DNA of 64,000 nt, taken from assembly GCA_964016885.1 (NCBI GenBank), contig OZ024754.1, positions 30,380,001-30,444,000 on the forward strand, written 5' to 3'. Position 1 is the first letter of the stretch, and each line of letters starts with the position of its first letter. Both the position numbers and the translations under genes were made by a program. The notes beneath the pieces are model-generated. The model had not been told where the DNA came from. It worked only from the letters and a program-made list of their open reading frames with translations, and did no database searches. This DNA comes from Eledone cirrhosa (lineage: Eukaryota). This document shows positions 13,045 to 25,541 of the stretch, one piece after another.

Positions 13045-13954
13045 TATACATATGCATACAGGTACACATACATATATGCACGTATCAGTTTAGCGGCGCT
13101 AACGTCGCTTTGTTCGTTTGTAAACAAACTGAACAGCCTGAATTTATGCCATACGGTGTTAAGGCAACCACGTCACCTTTTTGTTCAACACTGACACAGG
13201 AACGATGTACTAGTTTCAAGCTTGTTAGCTATCATCAGCACCGTTTACCCATCTGCCAGATAGTTGAACGTTCGAAAGTATATACTTTCCTTATGAAAAT
13301 TAACGGCTGAGCAGCCTAATTTGCATATTGAGTGAGTTAAATCGGTTAGGCATACCGAAAACGATAAATTGAAACAAAATGAAAACGAAATTTCATTTCT
13401 CACTCTTAGTATGGCACTTACTTAAATGTAAGTATGCATGTATACGTACATACATATATGTATACAGACGTACAGTAGCATGCACATATATATATATATA
13501 TATATACACATATATATATACATATGCATACAGGTACACATACATATATGCACGTATCAGTTTAGCGGCGCTAACGTCGCTTTGTTCGTTTGTAAACAAA
13601 CTGAACAGCCTGAATTTATGCCATACGGTGTTAAGGCAACCACGTCACCTTTTTGTTCAACACTGACACAGGAACGATGTACTAGTTTCAAGCTTGTTAG
13701 CTATCATCAGCACCGTTTACCCATCTGCCAGATAGTTGAACGTTCGAAAGTATATACTTTCCTTATGAAAATTAACGGCTGAGCAGCCTAATTTGCATAT
13801 TGAGTGAGTTAAATCGGTTAGGCATACCGAAAACGATAAATTGAAACAAAATGAAAACGAAATTTCATTTCTCACTCTTAGTATGGCACTTACTTAAATG
13901 TAAGTATGCATGTATACGTACATACATATATGTATACAGACGTACAGTAGCATG

Positions 13955-13998
<44 letters not shown>

Positions 13999-14438
13999 TA
14001 TATACATATGCATACAGGTACACATACATATATGCACGTATCAGTTTAGCGGCGCTAACGTCGCTTTGTTCGTTTGTAAACAAACTGAACAGCCTGAATT
14101 TATGCCATACGGTGTTAAGGCAACCACGTCACCTTTTTGTTCAACACTGACACAGGAACGATGTACTAGTTTCAAGCTTGTTAGCTATCATCAGCACCGT
14201 TTACCCATCTGCCAGATAGTTGAACGTTCGAAAGTATATACTTTCCTTATGAAAATTAACGGCTGAGCAGCCTAATTTGCATATTGAGTGAGTTAAATCG
14301 GTTAGGCATACCGAAAACGATAAATTGAAACAAAATGAAAACGAAATTTCATTTCTCACTCTTAGTATGGCACTTACTTAAATGTAAGTATGCATGTATA
14401 CGTACATACATATATGTATACAGACGTACAGTAGCATG

Positions 14439-14478
<40 letters not shown>

Positions 14479-14916
14479 TATACATATGCATACAGGTACA
14501 CATACATATATGCACGTATCAGTTTAGCGGCGCTAACGTCGCTTTGTTCGTTTGTAAACAAACTGAACAGCCTGAATTTATGCCATACGGTGTTAAGGCA
14601 ACCACGTCACCTTTTTGTTCAACACTGACACAGGAACGATGTACTAGTTTCAAGCTTGTTAGCTATCATCAGCACCGTTTACCCATCTGCCAGATAGTTG
14701 AACGTTCGAAAGTATATACTTTCCTTATGAAAATTAACGGCTGAGCAGCCTAATTTGCATATTGAGTGAGTTAAATCGGTTAGGCATACCGAAAACGATA
14801 AATTGAAACAAAATGAAAACGAAATTTCATTTCTCACTCTTAGTATGGCACTTACTTAAATGTAAGTATGCATGTATACGTACATACATATATGTATACA
14901 GACGTACAGTAGCATG

Positions 14917-15013
<97 letters not shown>

Positions 15014-15047
15014 GATATTGAATAAATGGAAACTATATTTATAAAAC

Positions 15048-18000
15048 CATCATCATCATCATCATCATCATCATCAGGTTTAGCGTCCGTGTTCCACGCT
15101 TGCATGGGTTTGGACGGGGGTTTTCCCACTTGAGGCAAGAGTGGTTGTCTTGCTCGCATAGGACTGTCTGGCGGGTTTTCTACAGTTGGATGCCCTTCCT
15201 AACACCAACCACATTTACAGTGTGGGGCTGGGAGGTTTTTACCGTGTTGCCTACACGGCCACATTACAGCGTGGACTGTCTGGCGGGTTTTCTACAGCTG
15301 GATGCCCTTCCTAACACCAACCACATTTACAGTGTGGGGCTGGGAGGTTTTTACCGTGTTGCCTACACGGCCACATTTACAGCGTGGACTGTGTGTTTTT
15401 TTGTCGTGACACCTACACGATCTCATTTGTTTCGGCCTGGATGTTGTGGGGCCAACATAACTTTACATTGAAAGGGGCGGTGTGGATGGGGTGGAGGTGG
15501 TGGGACGGGGGGGGGGGGTGTTTTGATAGAGATGCCTACTGACTGTAGTAGGTTTTTACTTTGTATTTAGGTAAGGCGGGTCTTCTCTATTACTGAGTAC
15601 CGCCAAAGGTCTCGGTCCAGTGACATTGTCTTGGAGAGGTGTAAGCGTGTGAGGTCGGAATTTATCAGCTAGTCCCATGTTTTTCTGGGTCTGCCTACTC
15701 CGTGGCTACCGTCTATCTTTATTGCCCTGCACTTTGTTATACAGCTGTCGTCTTTCATGCGCATCACATGACCGTACCAACGTAGCCTTCTCTCGAGTAA
15801 ACAATATCTGATCCCTCTTATTTCTAATTTTTTCCTTAGTTCGTTTATGCTTTGCCGTTCACGTATATTACTATTGCACATCCAGCGGAGCATGCAAGCT
15901 TCGTTCCTCTCTAGTCTGCGTATATCCTCTGCACACAATGCCCAGGTCTCACTGCCATGCAGCATTGCTGTTCGTATGCAGGCATCGTATAACCTGCCTT
16001 TCATTTTTAGGGAGAACCCTCTAGCGGCTAATAGTGGTATAAGCTCTCTGAACTTTTTCCATCCAGTTCTGACTCTAGCTACTGTACTTTCAGAGCACCC
16101 TCCCCCACTGCTGATTTTGTCACCCAGGTAACGGAAGCTGTCCACTATTTCTATAGAACCCTCTGCGCAGTTGAAGGAGCTAGTATTTGTGGGCACTTGC
16201 TGCTACTTATTGCACCAGAGCACCGGCCACATGTAAAATCTATGTTCTTAGTTAGCTTACCTGTGATCCCACTACATCTTTTATGCACCCATACTTTGCA
16301 TTTGGGACATAAAATGGAGTTTCTACCTACGCCTTTCCTACACCCTGAGCATGGCCATTTCCCAGATGGGACTGCCGCCTTATTTTCTTTCCTACAAACT
16401 AGAACTTTAGTCTTAGCCAGGTTAATTTTAAGGCCTTTTGATTCTAGGCCGTGCTTCCATGTTTGGAATTTCTTCTCTAGTTCGGTCATTGATTCAGCTA
16501 TGAGCGTTAGATCATCTGCGTATAGGAGTTCCCATGGGCAGCCGGTCTTGAACTCCTCTGTTATAGCCTGAAGGGCAATAATAAATAGTAGGGGGCTAAG
16601 AACAGAGCCCTGATGGACACCAACTTTTACGCTAAACTCTTCACTATATTCGTTGTTAATTCTAACCTTACTGACTGTTTCTTTATACATGGCTTGTATA
16701 GCTCTCACAAGCCATTCGTCAACACCTAGTTTTCTAAGAGACCACCAGATAATGGAACGGGGGACTCTGTCGAAGGCTTTCTCCAAGTCGACGAAAGCTA
16801 AGTATAGGGGTTTACTTTTAGCTAGGTACTTCTCCTGTAGTTGTCGTACAATGAAAAGAGCGTCTGTGGTACTTTTGCCTGACACAAATCCGAACTGCAT
16901 TTCATCTAGATCAATTCTCTCTCTGATTAGTTGCGCTATTACTTTTTCCGTGACCTTCATGACCTGGTCGATTAATTTAATGCCTCTATAGTTACTCCTA
17001 TCTAGGGCATCTCCTTTTCCCTTATAGCAGTTAACGATGATGCTGCTACGCCAGTCCTTCGGAACAACCCCATTCTGTACGACTTGGTTAACTATCCGGG
17101 TGATCATGGTGTGTCCCACCGAACCAGATGCCTTCAGCATCTCAGCAACTATTTCCGAAGGACCAGCCGCCTTACCCGTCTTCATATCTTTGATTGCCTT
17201 GCTTATTGTACTACCCTGGACTAACACTGCTGGTCCCTCTATTGGGTCGATGTGGGGGAGACTGTCTTTCTCCCATTTGTTCTCCTCATTTAGAAGCCTT
17301 TCGTAGTGACACTTCCAAGCTACCTTCTTATCAGCGTCGGTGATGGCAAGTATGCCATCATCGTTAAGTACACACTTCTCCCCGACAATATCACGGTTTT
17401 CCTTGACACATTGCCTGGCAATCCTGAACACCTCACGTTTTTGGTCCTCACGTTGTAGAACATGCTTGAACTTTCTTTCCTCCGCTTCCCTTCTTGCGAA
17501 GTACACTTGTCTCCTAGCTTCCCTCCTGGCCACTTGATAGTCTTCTCTACTTCCCCCATCCCGCCATGCTTTCCAAGCCTGCTTTTTGGCCTTAATTGAC
17601 TCCTCCACCTTACTGTTCCACCACCATGTTACTCTCCTCCTACCTACAGGCCTGCTCCAGCCACAGACTTCGTCTGCCGCCGTCAGCAGGTTTGCTCTCA
17701 GGAATTCCCACTGTTCCTCTATATTATACGACTCTAATTGCTCTTCCTTACTGTCGAAAGCGTCAAGTAATATGCTTTGAAATTTATTTCTGGCTATGGG
17801 GTCCTTTAGCTTCCATATTTTTCTCCTGAGGATAGTCCTCTTCCGCTGTCTAGTACGTCTCGTCCTGACTATGAGGTCGCTAATTATCAGTCTATGTTGG
17901 GAGGTGAATTCTTCATGGGGGAGGGATTTAGTGTTAACAACAGACACTCTGTCACGTCTTCTGGTAAGGATATAATCTACCTGGCTTGTGTGTTCCCCCG

Positions 18001-18567
18001 ATCTATAGGTGATCAAGTGATTGTCTCGTTTTTTGAAGTTAGTGTTACAGATAGTTAAGTTATTTGCGTCGCAGAATTCCAGGATTCTGGAGCCTTCCTC
18101 ATTTCTAGTACCGAACCCATAGCCTCCATGGATTCCGTCATAGCCGTCACAATGTTGTCCAACGTGACCATTTAGGTCGCCTGCAATAACTATATAGTCA
18201 CTGTCGGTTATTTGGGAGGTAGCGAGCATCAGTGTCTCGTAGAATCTGTCTTTTATAGCACCGGGCAGTCCGGATTGTGGTGCGTACGCAGATATTACTG
18301 TCACCGTAGTTTTATTGAGGACAAGTCTTATTTTAATTATTCTGTCGTTCACTCTATTTACGTCTATTATCTTATCTGCCCACTTTTCTGCTACCATGAT
18401 TCCTACCCCACCCAACCCATTGTCATTTCCCAGCCAGAAAAGCTTATAGCATCGTTCTTTACCCACGATGAATCTAGCCGACCCTCCCCTCCACCTGGTC
18501 TCTTGAATACAACAAACATCGACCTCCTTACGTTCAAGCATTTCTACAACCTCGTTAGAGCGACCCT
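15048..18567 (-). mobile_element. RTE family A, near full-length young copy (APE + RT with PHD-like insert)
   Basis: 796-aa ORF 16151-18541 (QETRW, AYAPQ, GDLNGHVG, QFGF, FVDLEKAFD, LYADD) continued by 15669-16196 after a 1-bp deletion near 16188; premature stop at 15669; (CAT)n tail at 15048-15075. Confidence 0.92.
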
Positions 18568-18585
18568 ATTTATTTCATTATACAT

Positions 18586-18855
18586 ATTTATTTCATTATA
18601 CATATTTCAGGGATACCAAATTAAAATATGGTATGCCTTCATCAGACACAATACAATATATAAACAGTTTTATAAATAATTTTGACGTACCCTATTAGAT
18701 GCGACCATTATTTTTGGAAGCTTCCAAAAATAATGGTCGCATCTAATAGGGTACGTCAAAATTATTTATAAAACTGTTTATATATTGTATTTTGTCTGAT
18801 GAAGGCATACCATATTTTAATTTGGTATCCCTGAAATATGTATAATGAAATAAAT
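18586..18855. repeat. Near-perfect spacerless palindrome (135-bp arms) of a repeat carrying a hammerhead-like core; Penelope-like terminal repeat candidate
   Basis: Centre GAAG|CTTC at 18720/18721; each arm has CTGATGA..hairpin..GAAA (plus copy 18796-18836). Confidence 0.8.
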
Positions 18856-18910
18856 ATGGTTTTATAAATATAGTTTCCATTTATTTAATATCGTATATCT
18901 ACTACAAAAA

Positions 18911-19233
<323 letters not shown>

Positions 19234-19530
19234 GGGTATGTCAATATTTATTTATAAAACTGCTCTATATTATATTTTATCTGATGAAAACACACCATAA
19301 TTTAACTTGGTGTCCTTAAAATATGTATAATGAAATAAATATGGTTTTATAAATATAGTTTCCATTTGTTAATATCGTGTATATATATATATATATGCTT
19401 AAACTTTAATCTGTTATTTTAATAAATATTTGCTCTACGGTTCTTATATATTTGATATATATTTATCCTTATCGAGCCCTCTTTTAATTTTAGTCTTCAA
19501 ATTTATTATTATTACTATATATATATATAT

Positions 19531-19568
<38 letters not shown>

Positions 19569-20011
19569 TAATATATATAAATAACAGATTAAAGTTTAAG
19601 CAAAGAATTGCTGTTTTCACCCTTAACGGGATCTTAACGGGATCTTAGTCTTCACCCCGGGTGGTTTTCTGCTACCATCTGTAGTGTGTATATTGATATT
19701 ATACGCAAGCATATATACATGTAGATATGATACATCAAATAAAATTGTAATAAACAGAAATAAACAGAAATTGAACGAAGACGTTGTTACACTGTCTTAT
19801 GTAATCAGTAACGTAATGCATGATACATAAAAAAAGACAATATTATATATAAACTGCATTAGGAGAAAATTAGTATGTTTATTTAAGTGATCGCCACCGG
19901 AAGTGTTGACATCACACACTCTGTCCTACGCCATCTTGTTTTTGTGTCACAAAAACAAGATGGCGTAGGACAGAACTAAGGAGAGGCACAAAACAAAGAA
20001 AAGAATCCCCA

Positions 20012-20054
20012 GTCACTGAAGAGGTCACAGAATGTGTGACGAAAGAACTTTGAC
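20012..20054 (+). ncRNA. Minimal hammerhead ribozyme motif
   Basis: GUCA-CUGAAGA-G-GUCACA gaaug UGUGAC-GAAA-G AA C-UU/UGAC; ~40 bp downstream of a 27-bp-arm hairpin at 19920-19974. Confidence 0.6.
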
Positions 20055-20243
20055 AATATATGAACAACCGTATGGTTGTGGAACCAATCAACCAACCGGA
20101 AATTTATAATTTAATTTATAATAAATTGGAGTGAAAGCAACTGGTGCGTGTGTTTCTTATTGGCAACATGACCTTCCCAAAGTATAACAATATCGGTTTC
20201 AACACATGTTTTCAGATAAAGAATCTTGCTAAACAAATTCAGA

Positions 20244-20295
<52 letters not shown>

Positions 20296-20324
20296 TAGCA
20301 GCCTCACAGACTTCTAGTTATTAT

Positions 20325-20432
20325 TATCCCGCCGAGGTTAACTTGCCTTTCATCCTGACGGGGTCGATAAAATAAAGTACCAGTAATGCACTGGGTAATT
20401 GCTGGCCTTGTGCCTAAAGTAGAAACAATTAT
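20325..20432 (+). mobile_element. SINE type 2, 3' portion
   Basis: Matches 23568-23675. Confidence 0.7.
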
Positions 20433-21550
20433 TAGGAAGGGCATTAATATGTAGGAACCATGTGAGGCTGGAGTAAAAGGGTCAGGGTATCAATGTTGAA
20501 TAAAGAGCTGGAGATTCAGATCTGTTGAGATTAGGTTTTTGATGTTGAAAGAATTAGGATTACAGGATGACACATTTATTGTATACAGGGAGTAAGGGAT
20601 GGTATGTAGCAGTAATTTGATATTCCCTTCAGATACTCTATCAACTGGCTACCAAAATGTTAACCTTCCATGCTTTCATAGATAAGTTTCTATTGTTAAT
20701 CATTTTTTAGTAGTGAATATGTCTATGATTTTGACATGGAAATCACCACCTGTCTATTCTGGTGTTTGGGAGACAGAATCAGCCATACTGATAAATAACC
20801 AGCTTGCAGAGTCAAAGTAAGGAGTTGCAGATTTGATTTCAAGCAGTAAAAAAGTCTGACAAAGTGCCCCCCCCCTTCTCCCTCTCTCTCTCCTTCTCGC
20901 TCTCTCTCTGTTAGTCTCTCCCTCTTGCTGACATGCAAATGAATAACATCTCATTACAGAAATATGGTAAATACCATCTATTTAATCATTGCTCACAAGC
21001 ATATATCACAACAACGCTTTGTTTTCATTACACTGTCCACAATAGCTTTGTAGCAGGTTATTAATTGAATAAAAATATTTTAGTAGCAATCATGTTTTAT
21101 TTGTTCATTCATTGGCATTTCACACAGCGCTTTTATATGAGACAATATTACCTTCTTCATAATCACCCAGTGAGACAACAATCACTACTACAACCTCTGT
21201 CATGCTCAAATGAACAACAGTAAACTCCAACCAATTCTTTGTATCGCTATACAACCAAAGATCCACTTCACTACAGGTACATTTGTTGTAGACAGGGTGG
21301 GGGTAGCTGAAGTTGAGATAGGAGTTTTTAATTTACTTGGTAGGTTTCAAGCTCATGGCCTTCACAAACGATCCAAAACTGGAAAGATCGATGTTATTGA
21401 TATTCTGTTTTAATTGTTGCACCTTCACTTATTTGGGAAAGGCATAAACAGAAATGGCATCCCAGTGAACCCATGTTCTGGGTAAGAAGGATTGATTGTA
21501 GTGATTAGTGTTGGACCTTTGAATAAGAAACATTGGTGATAAGAGGAGAG

Positions 21551-21766
21551 TTAACCCTTTACCATTTACATTACTCTATATATACTATTGTAGTTTTGTG
21601 GTAAAGGCTTTATCTCACATAATATCAAATTTATGAGATATTGATGTTATTTATTTTGAGAACAATACCTTAAAGTCAGTATGAGCAGCCAGTTATGGCC
21701 AGTTTGAACAGAAAGAGGTGAGAGAATTGTGGCCAGATATTGTTGGTTTAAATACTAAAGGGTTAA
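21551..21766 (+). mobile_element. piggyBac-type MITE
   Basis: TTAA-CCCTTT...AAAGGG-TTAA ends; homologous to 38091-38310 and 42497-42710. Confidence 0.7.
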
Positions 21767-22019
21767 ACAGAAATGAAGTCCCAGTGAACCCATGTTCTGG
21801 GCATGAAGGATTGGTTGTAGTGATTAGAGTTAGGCCTTTAGATAGGAAACAATGGTGATATGAGAGGGATAGTTAAGGGAGTCATGAGTGGCTGAGATGA
21901 GATTGCTTGAGTTCAGTAAGTTCAGTAAGCGGAAATTAGGCAGAGGGAGGAGACAGAACATTTAAGAGTCAGAGGCTGCGGAGTGACAGTGTGAGTGACA
22001 TTTGTCTGGAACTAGAAAC

Positions 22020-22420
22020 ATCCACCATCACCACCACCATCCAACCAGTACCCTCTCCTACCACCACCACCACTATCAATACCCCTTCCTACCATGACCA
22101 CTACCACTACCACTATCACCACCAGTACCCTCTCCTACCACCACCGTCACCATCCATATCTACTTAACAAAGTGATATTAATTTAATCAAAAACATTTAT
22201 CAGAAATTTATATTAAATTCTTAGAAATCCTTAATTTCTGAGAAATCAAACAGAAATATACTCACTGCACCCCCACCTCAACACACACACTTAAACAGAC
22301 ACTCAGAAATACCATATACACACATACACAAAACACACATACAAAATCCCATATACACATTCAAAATCCCATATAAACATATACATCATATACACACATG
22401 TACATCATGCACACACATAT
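22020..22420. repeat. (CAC)n and CA-rich low-complexity tract
   Basis: Direct inspection. Confidence 0.7.
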
Positions 22421-23044
22421 TACATTTGAGGCATTTACAAATATAAGTTTGTTCACCAAAGATTGATAAGAAAACAAGAATTTTTACATGGAATAATCAT
22501 ATATTCCCAGGTCTCGAATAATCGACCCCACTACCCTGCTTATTCATTTTTCAGATTTTGAACTCTGGTCAAGACCAAACCAATGAAAATATTTTTTAAA
22601 TTAATAAACCAAAAAGCCAGCAACAATAGAAACAAATTGTTATCAAGAGGAGATTATGGAGAAGAGATCAAAGGTGAAAGAAAAAAATATGTGAACTGTG
22701 ACAAAAATTGTCAAGTGATTAGGTCAGTTAGAAATTATGTCATGATGACAAGATATCACTTATCTTGAAATATTGTTTTCTCTTAAATTGATGGACTTAT
22801 TGATTATTATTACCTGGCACTTCTGTCCTGGATATTACCTGACAATTCTGTCACACGTACTACCTGACAATTCTGTCACACATATTACCTGGCACTTCCG
22901 AAATATTGTTTTCTCTTAAATTGATGGACTTATTGATTATTACTACCTGATACTTTTAATCTGGGTTTTACCTGACTTATGTCACATGTATTACCTGGCA
23001 ATTGTGTCACAAGTATTACCTGACTTGTACCACAGTTACCTTGA

Positions 23045-23385
23045 CAGTATCAGGCATCTACCATACTCTGAATGTCTTGCTTCCCTAGGCATGGATACAT
23101 TAAAGCTCCGACGTTTGGCAACTGACTTGGTAGACACCCACAATATTATTAACCATCTTTCCAACAACAACCCTGAGCACCTTTTTTAGTTCCATGTGTC
23201 TAACACATGTGGACATGCCTACAAAGTCAGAAGACAGCACAGTTCCCATGACTTTTGGAAACATTTTTTCACGCTCAGAGTTGCTGAAGCATGGAACAAA
23301 CTACCTGCATCAGTTGTTAACTGTCAGGGTACTGCATCTTTCAAAACTTCCATGCTTGCTGAAATTTGTCAACACTACACCTGAT
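23045..23385 (+). mobile_element. CR1/L2-group LINE 3' fragment
   Basis: LPYSECLASLGMDTLKLRRLATDL and TCGHAYKV..HFFTLRVAEAWNKLP..FK motifs typical of CR1-group ORF2 C-termini. Confidence 0.75.
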
Positions 23386-23489
23386 ATTCTCCATCCATAC
23401 ACACGCATGCATGTACTATACATGCACCTTTGATGAGTTGTAGTGCACCTGAGCACTACACAATCATTTTCATTATTATTAATATTATT

Positions 23490-23675
23490 ATGGATTGGCA
23501 GTATCGGTAGAGGGTCGGACGCCATGCTTTCCAGCATAGTTACGTCCCTTTACGATCTGAGTTCAAATCCCGCCGAGGTTGACTTTGCCTTTCATCCTTA
23601 CGGGGTCGATAAAATAAAGTACCAGTAATGCACTGGGTAATTGCTGGCCTTGTGCCTAAAGTAGAAACAATTATT
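23490..23675 (+). mobile_element. tRNA-derived SINE type 2, full length
   Basis: A box TGGCAGTATCGG, B box GTTCAAATCC, ATT-rich tail; many copies in the window. Confidence 0.8.
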
Positions 23676-24076
23676 ATTAATATTATTTCACGTTACTCCA
23701 GTATACTCAGCTGAAAATGAGTACCAGTAATAACTGGGAGGGGGTCAACCCTTTGATGGACAGACATCCTGTCCTTACTCCTCTGATTGACCCATAGAAG
23801 AGACTGCTTTAATAATAACATTTGTAACCATATTTCTGATAAAATACACTGACTACATCTTTTATTTCATTTTGAAAGTAACATATTTGGAGGGGTTTAG
23901 CACATTCACTAAATTTTCCATTATGAAGCTGATGAGTCAAATGTAACATAACAAAAGTTTTTACATAAAAATATGATGGAAGGTTTATATATAAATACGA
24001 ACATTTAAAAATAAATAGCTGTGTATCATAGAACCAGGGTTGGTTTCAAGAGGTTTGGTATGAAAAAGGTTGAAAA

Positions 24077-25541
24077 TCTATATATATAAAATTGTGGTTG
24101 TCTGTCTGTCTATCGATTTTTGGCACACATCTCCTCTTAGAATCTCTCACGGAATTGCACCGAAATTGCTATACTTGTACATTGAGCCCTAGCGAAGACA
24201 TCGGAAAAAAAAAATTTCAAATTGACCCACCCTATGTGACGAAATCGAATATAATGTATCGATTTTTGAGCGTAAGTGATCAGTTATTTCCCTTTGTTCT
24301 GTTTACATTGAGCGTCTGCGTGCAAAAATTAAAAAAATTACGCTGGCTTTCTCAGCGTTTAAAATGACATTAACACAATACACGATTTAAAGACTACGTA
24401 AAACAAGCCTTTTAAAACAATATTTTTACTTGAAAACAAGTCTATTTAAAAACTACTTAAAACAAGCAAATATTTCGTAAAAAAAAGCAAAAATTATATA
24501 AGTTTATATAAAATATATGTATCTGTAAATTTCGTTAGGCGTGCAGACAGACAGTCGTGCAGAGAGGTGATATAGGCGTGCAGACAGACAGTCGTGCAGA
24601 GAGGTGATATAGGCGTGCAGACAGACATCTATATATATAAAACTGTGGTTGTCTGTCTGTCTATCGATTTTTGGCACACATCTCCTCTTAGAATCTCTCA
24701 CGGAATTGCACCCAAATTGCTATACTTGTACATTGAGCCCTAGCGAAGACATCGAAAAAAAAAAATTTCAAATTGACCCACCCTATGTGACGAAATCGAA
24801 TATAATGTATCGATTTTTGAGCGTAAGTTATCAGTTATTTCCCTTTGTTCTGTTTACATTGAGCGTCTTACGTAAAAAATTACGCTGGCTTTAACAGTTG
24901 TCGAGCCAACAAAATATTGACCTGCAAAATTCATCAGTTCGAACACTAAGCTTCCGTTTTGCTTCATTTCCATTTAAAAGCATTTTAAAACAATATTTTT
25001 ACTTGAAAACAAGTCTATTTAAAGACTACGTAAAACAAGCAAATATTTCGTCGTTAGGCGTGCAGACAGACAGTCGTGCAGATAGACAGTCGTGCAGAGA
25101 GGTGATATAGGCGTGCAGACAGATAGTCGTGCAGAGAGGTGATATAGGCGTGCAGACAGATAGTCGTGCAGAGAGGTAATATAGGCGTGCAGACAGATAG
25201 TCGTGCAGAGAGGTGATATAGGCGTGCAGACAGACATAACTGATAATTTGGTTACGCTAATGTTTTTCTCTGCGTTGCAGTGTTTACATTTTCGATCTTT
25301 GTTAATAAATAACCAGTGCAGTTTCTATCCCCAGCATCCTCTTTTGTTATAACATTCGGGTTATCGTTATGTTTTCTTAACTTCATAAGGCATATTGTTG
25401 GTTGAGGGAATATTAATCAAAAACACCACATGCAAGTCTGCACAGTAGACACTACAGTTTTTAAGCCAAAAAAGAAACTTAACATTGTAACTTTAACACA
25501 GCTACTGAGCGACCCCGAGCAACGCCGGGCTTTACTGCTAG
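24077..25541 (+). mobile_element. Non-autonomous Helitron with duplicated 5' segment
   Basis: 5' A|TC-TATATATATAAA at 24077 and again at 24628; 3' hairpin CCCG agcaacgc CGGG then CTAG|T at 25538-25542; internal 37-bp repeats. Confidence 0.8.

Larger units (their letters stand above)
9097..14920 (-). repeat. Tandem array of 12 full + 1 partial 468-484 bp units, each with a hammerhead ribozyme motif (candidate non-LTR retrozyme)
   Basis: Unit phase marked by identical ORF starts 9111, 9587, 10055, 10523, 10999, 11483, 11951, 12419, 12895, 13379, 13851, 14335, 14813; differences seen only in the internal TA/CA tract; flanked by (TA)n on both sides. Confidence 0.95.

Noticed and set aside
9097-14920. 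Array as CRISPR, snRNA, 5S or tRNA gene cluster
   Set aside because: No unique spacers and no recognisable snRNA, 5S or tRNA sequence; eukaryotic context
9111-15025. Repeated MKTKFHF.. ORFs as a tandem gene family
   Set aside because: Frame changes with TA tract length between units and there is no protein motif; the RNA structure on the opposite strand explains the unit better
21340-21410. Possible terminal exon (NINNIDLSSFGSFVKAMSLKPTK*) on the minus strand
   Set aside because: Acceptor lacks a pyrimidine tract; too short to support
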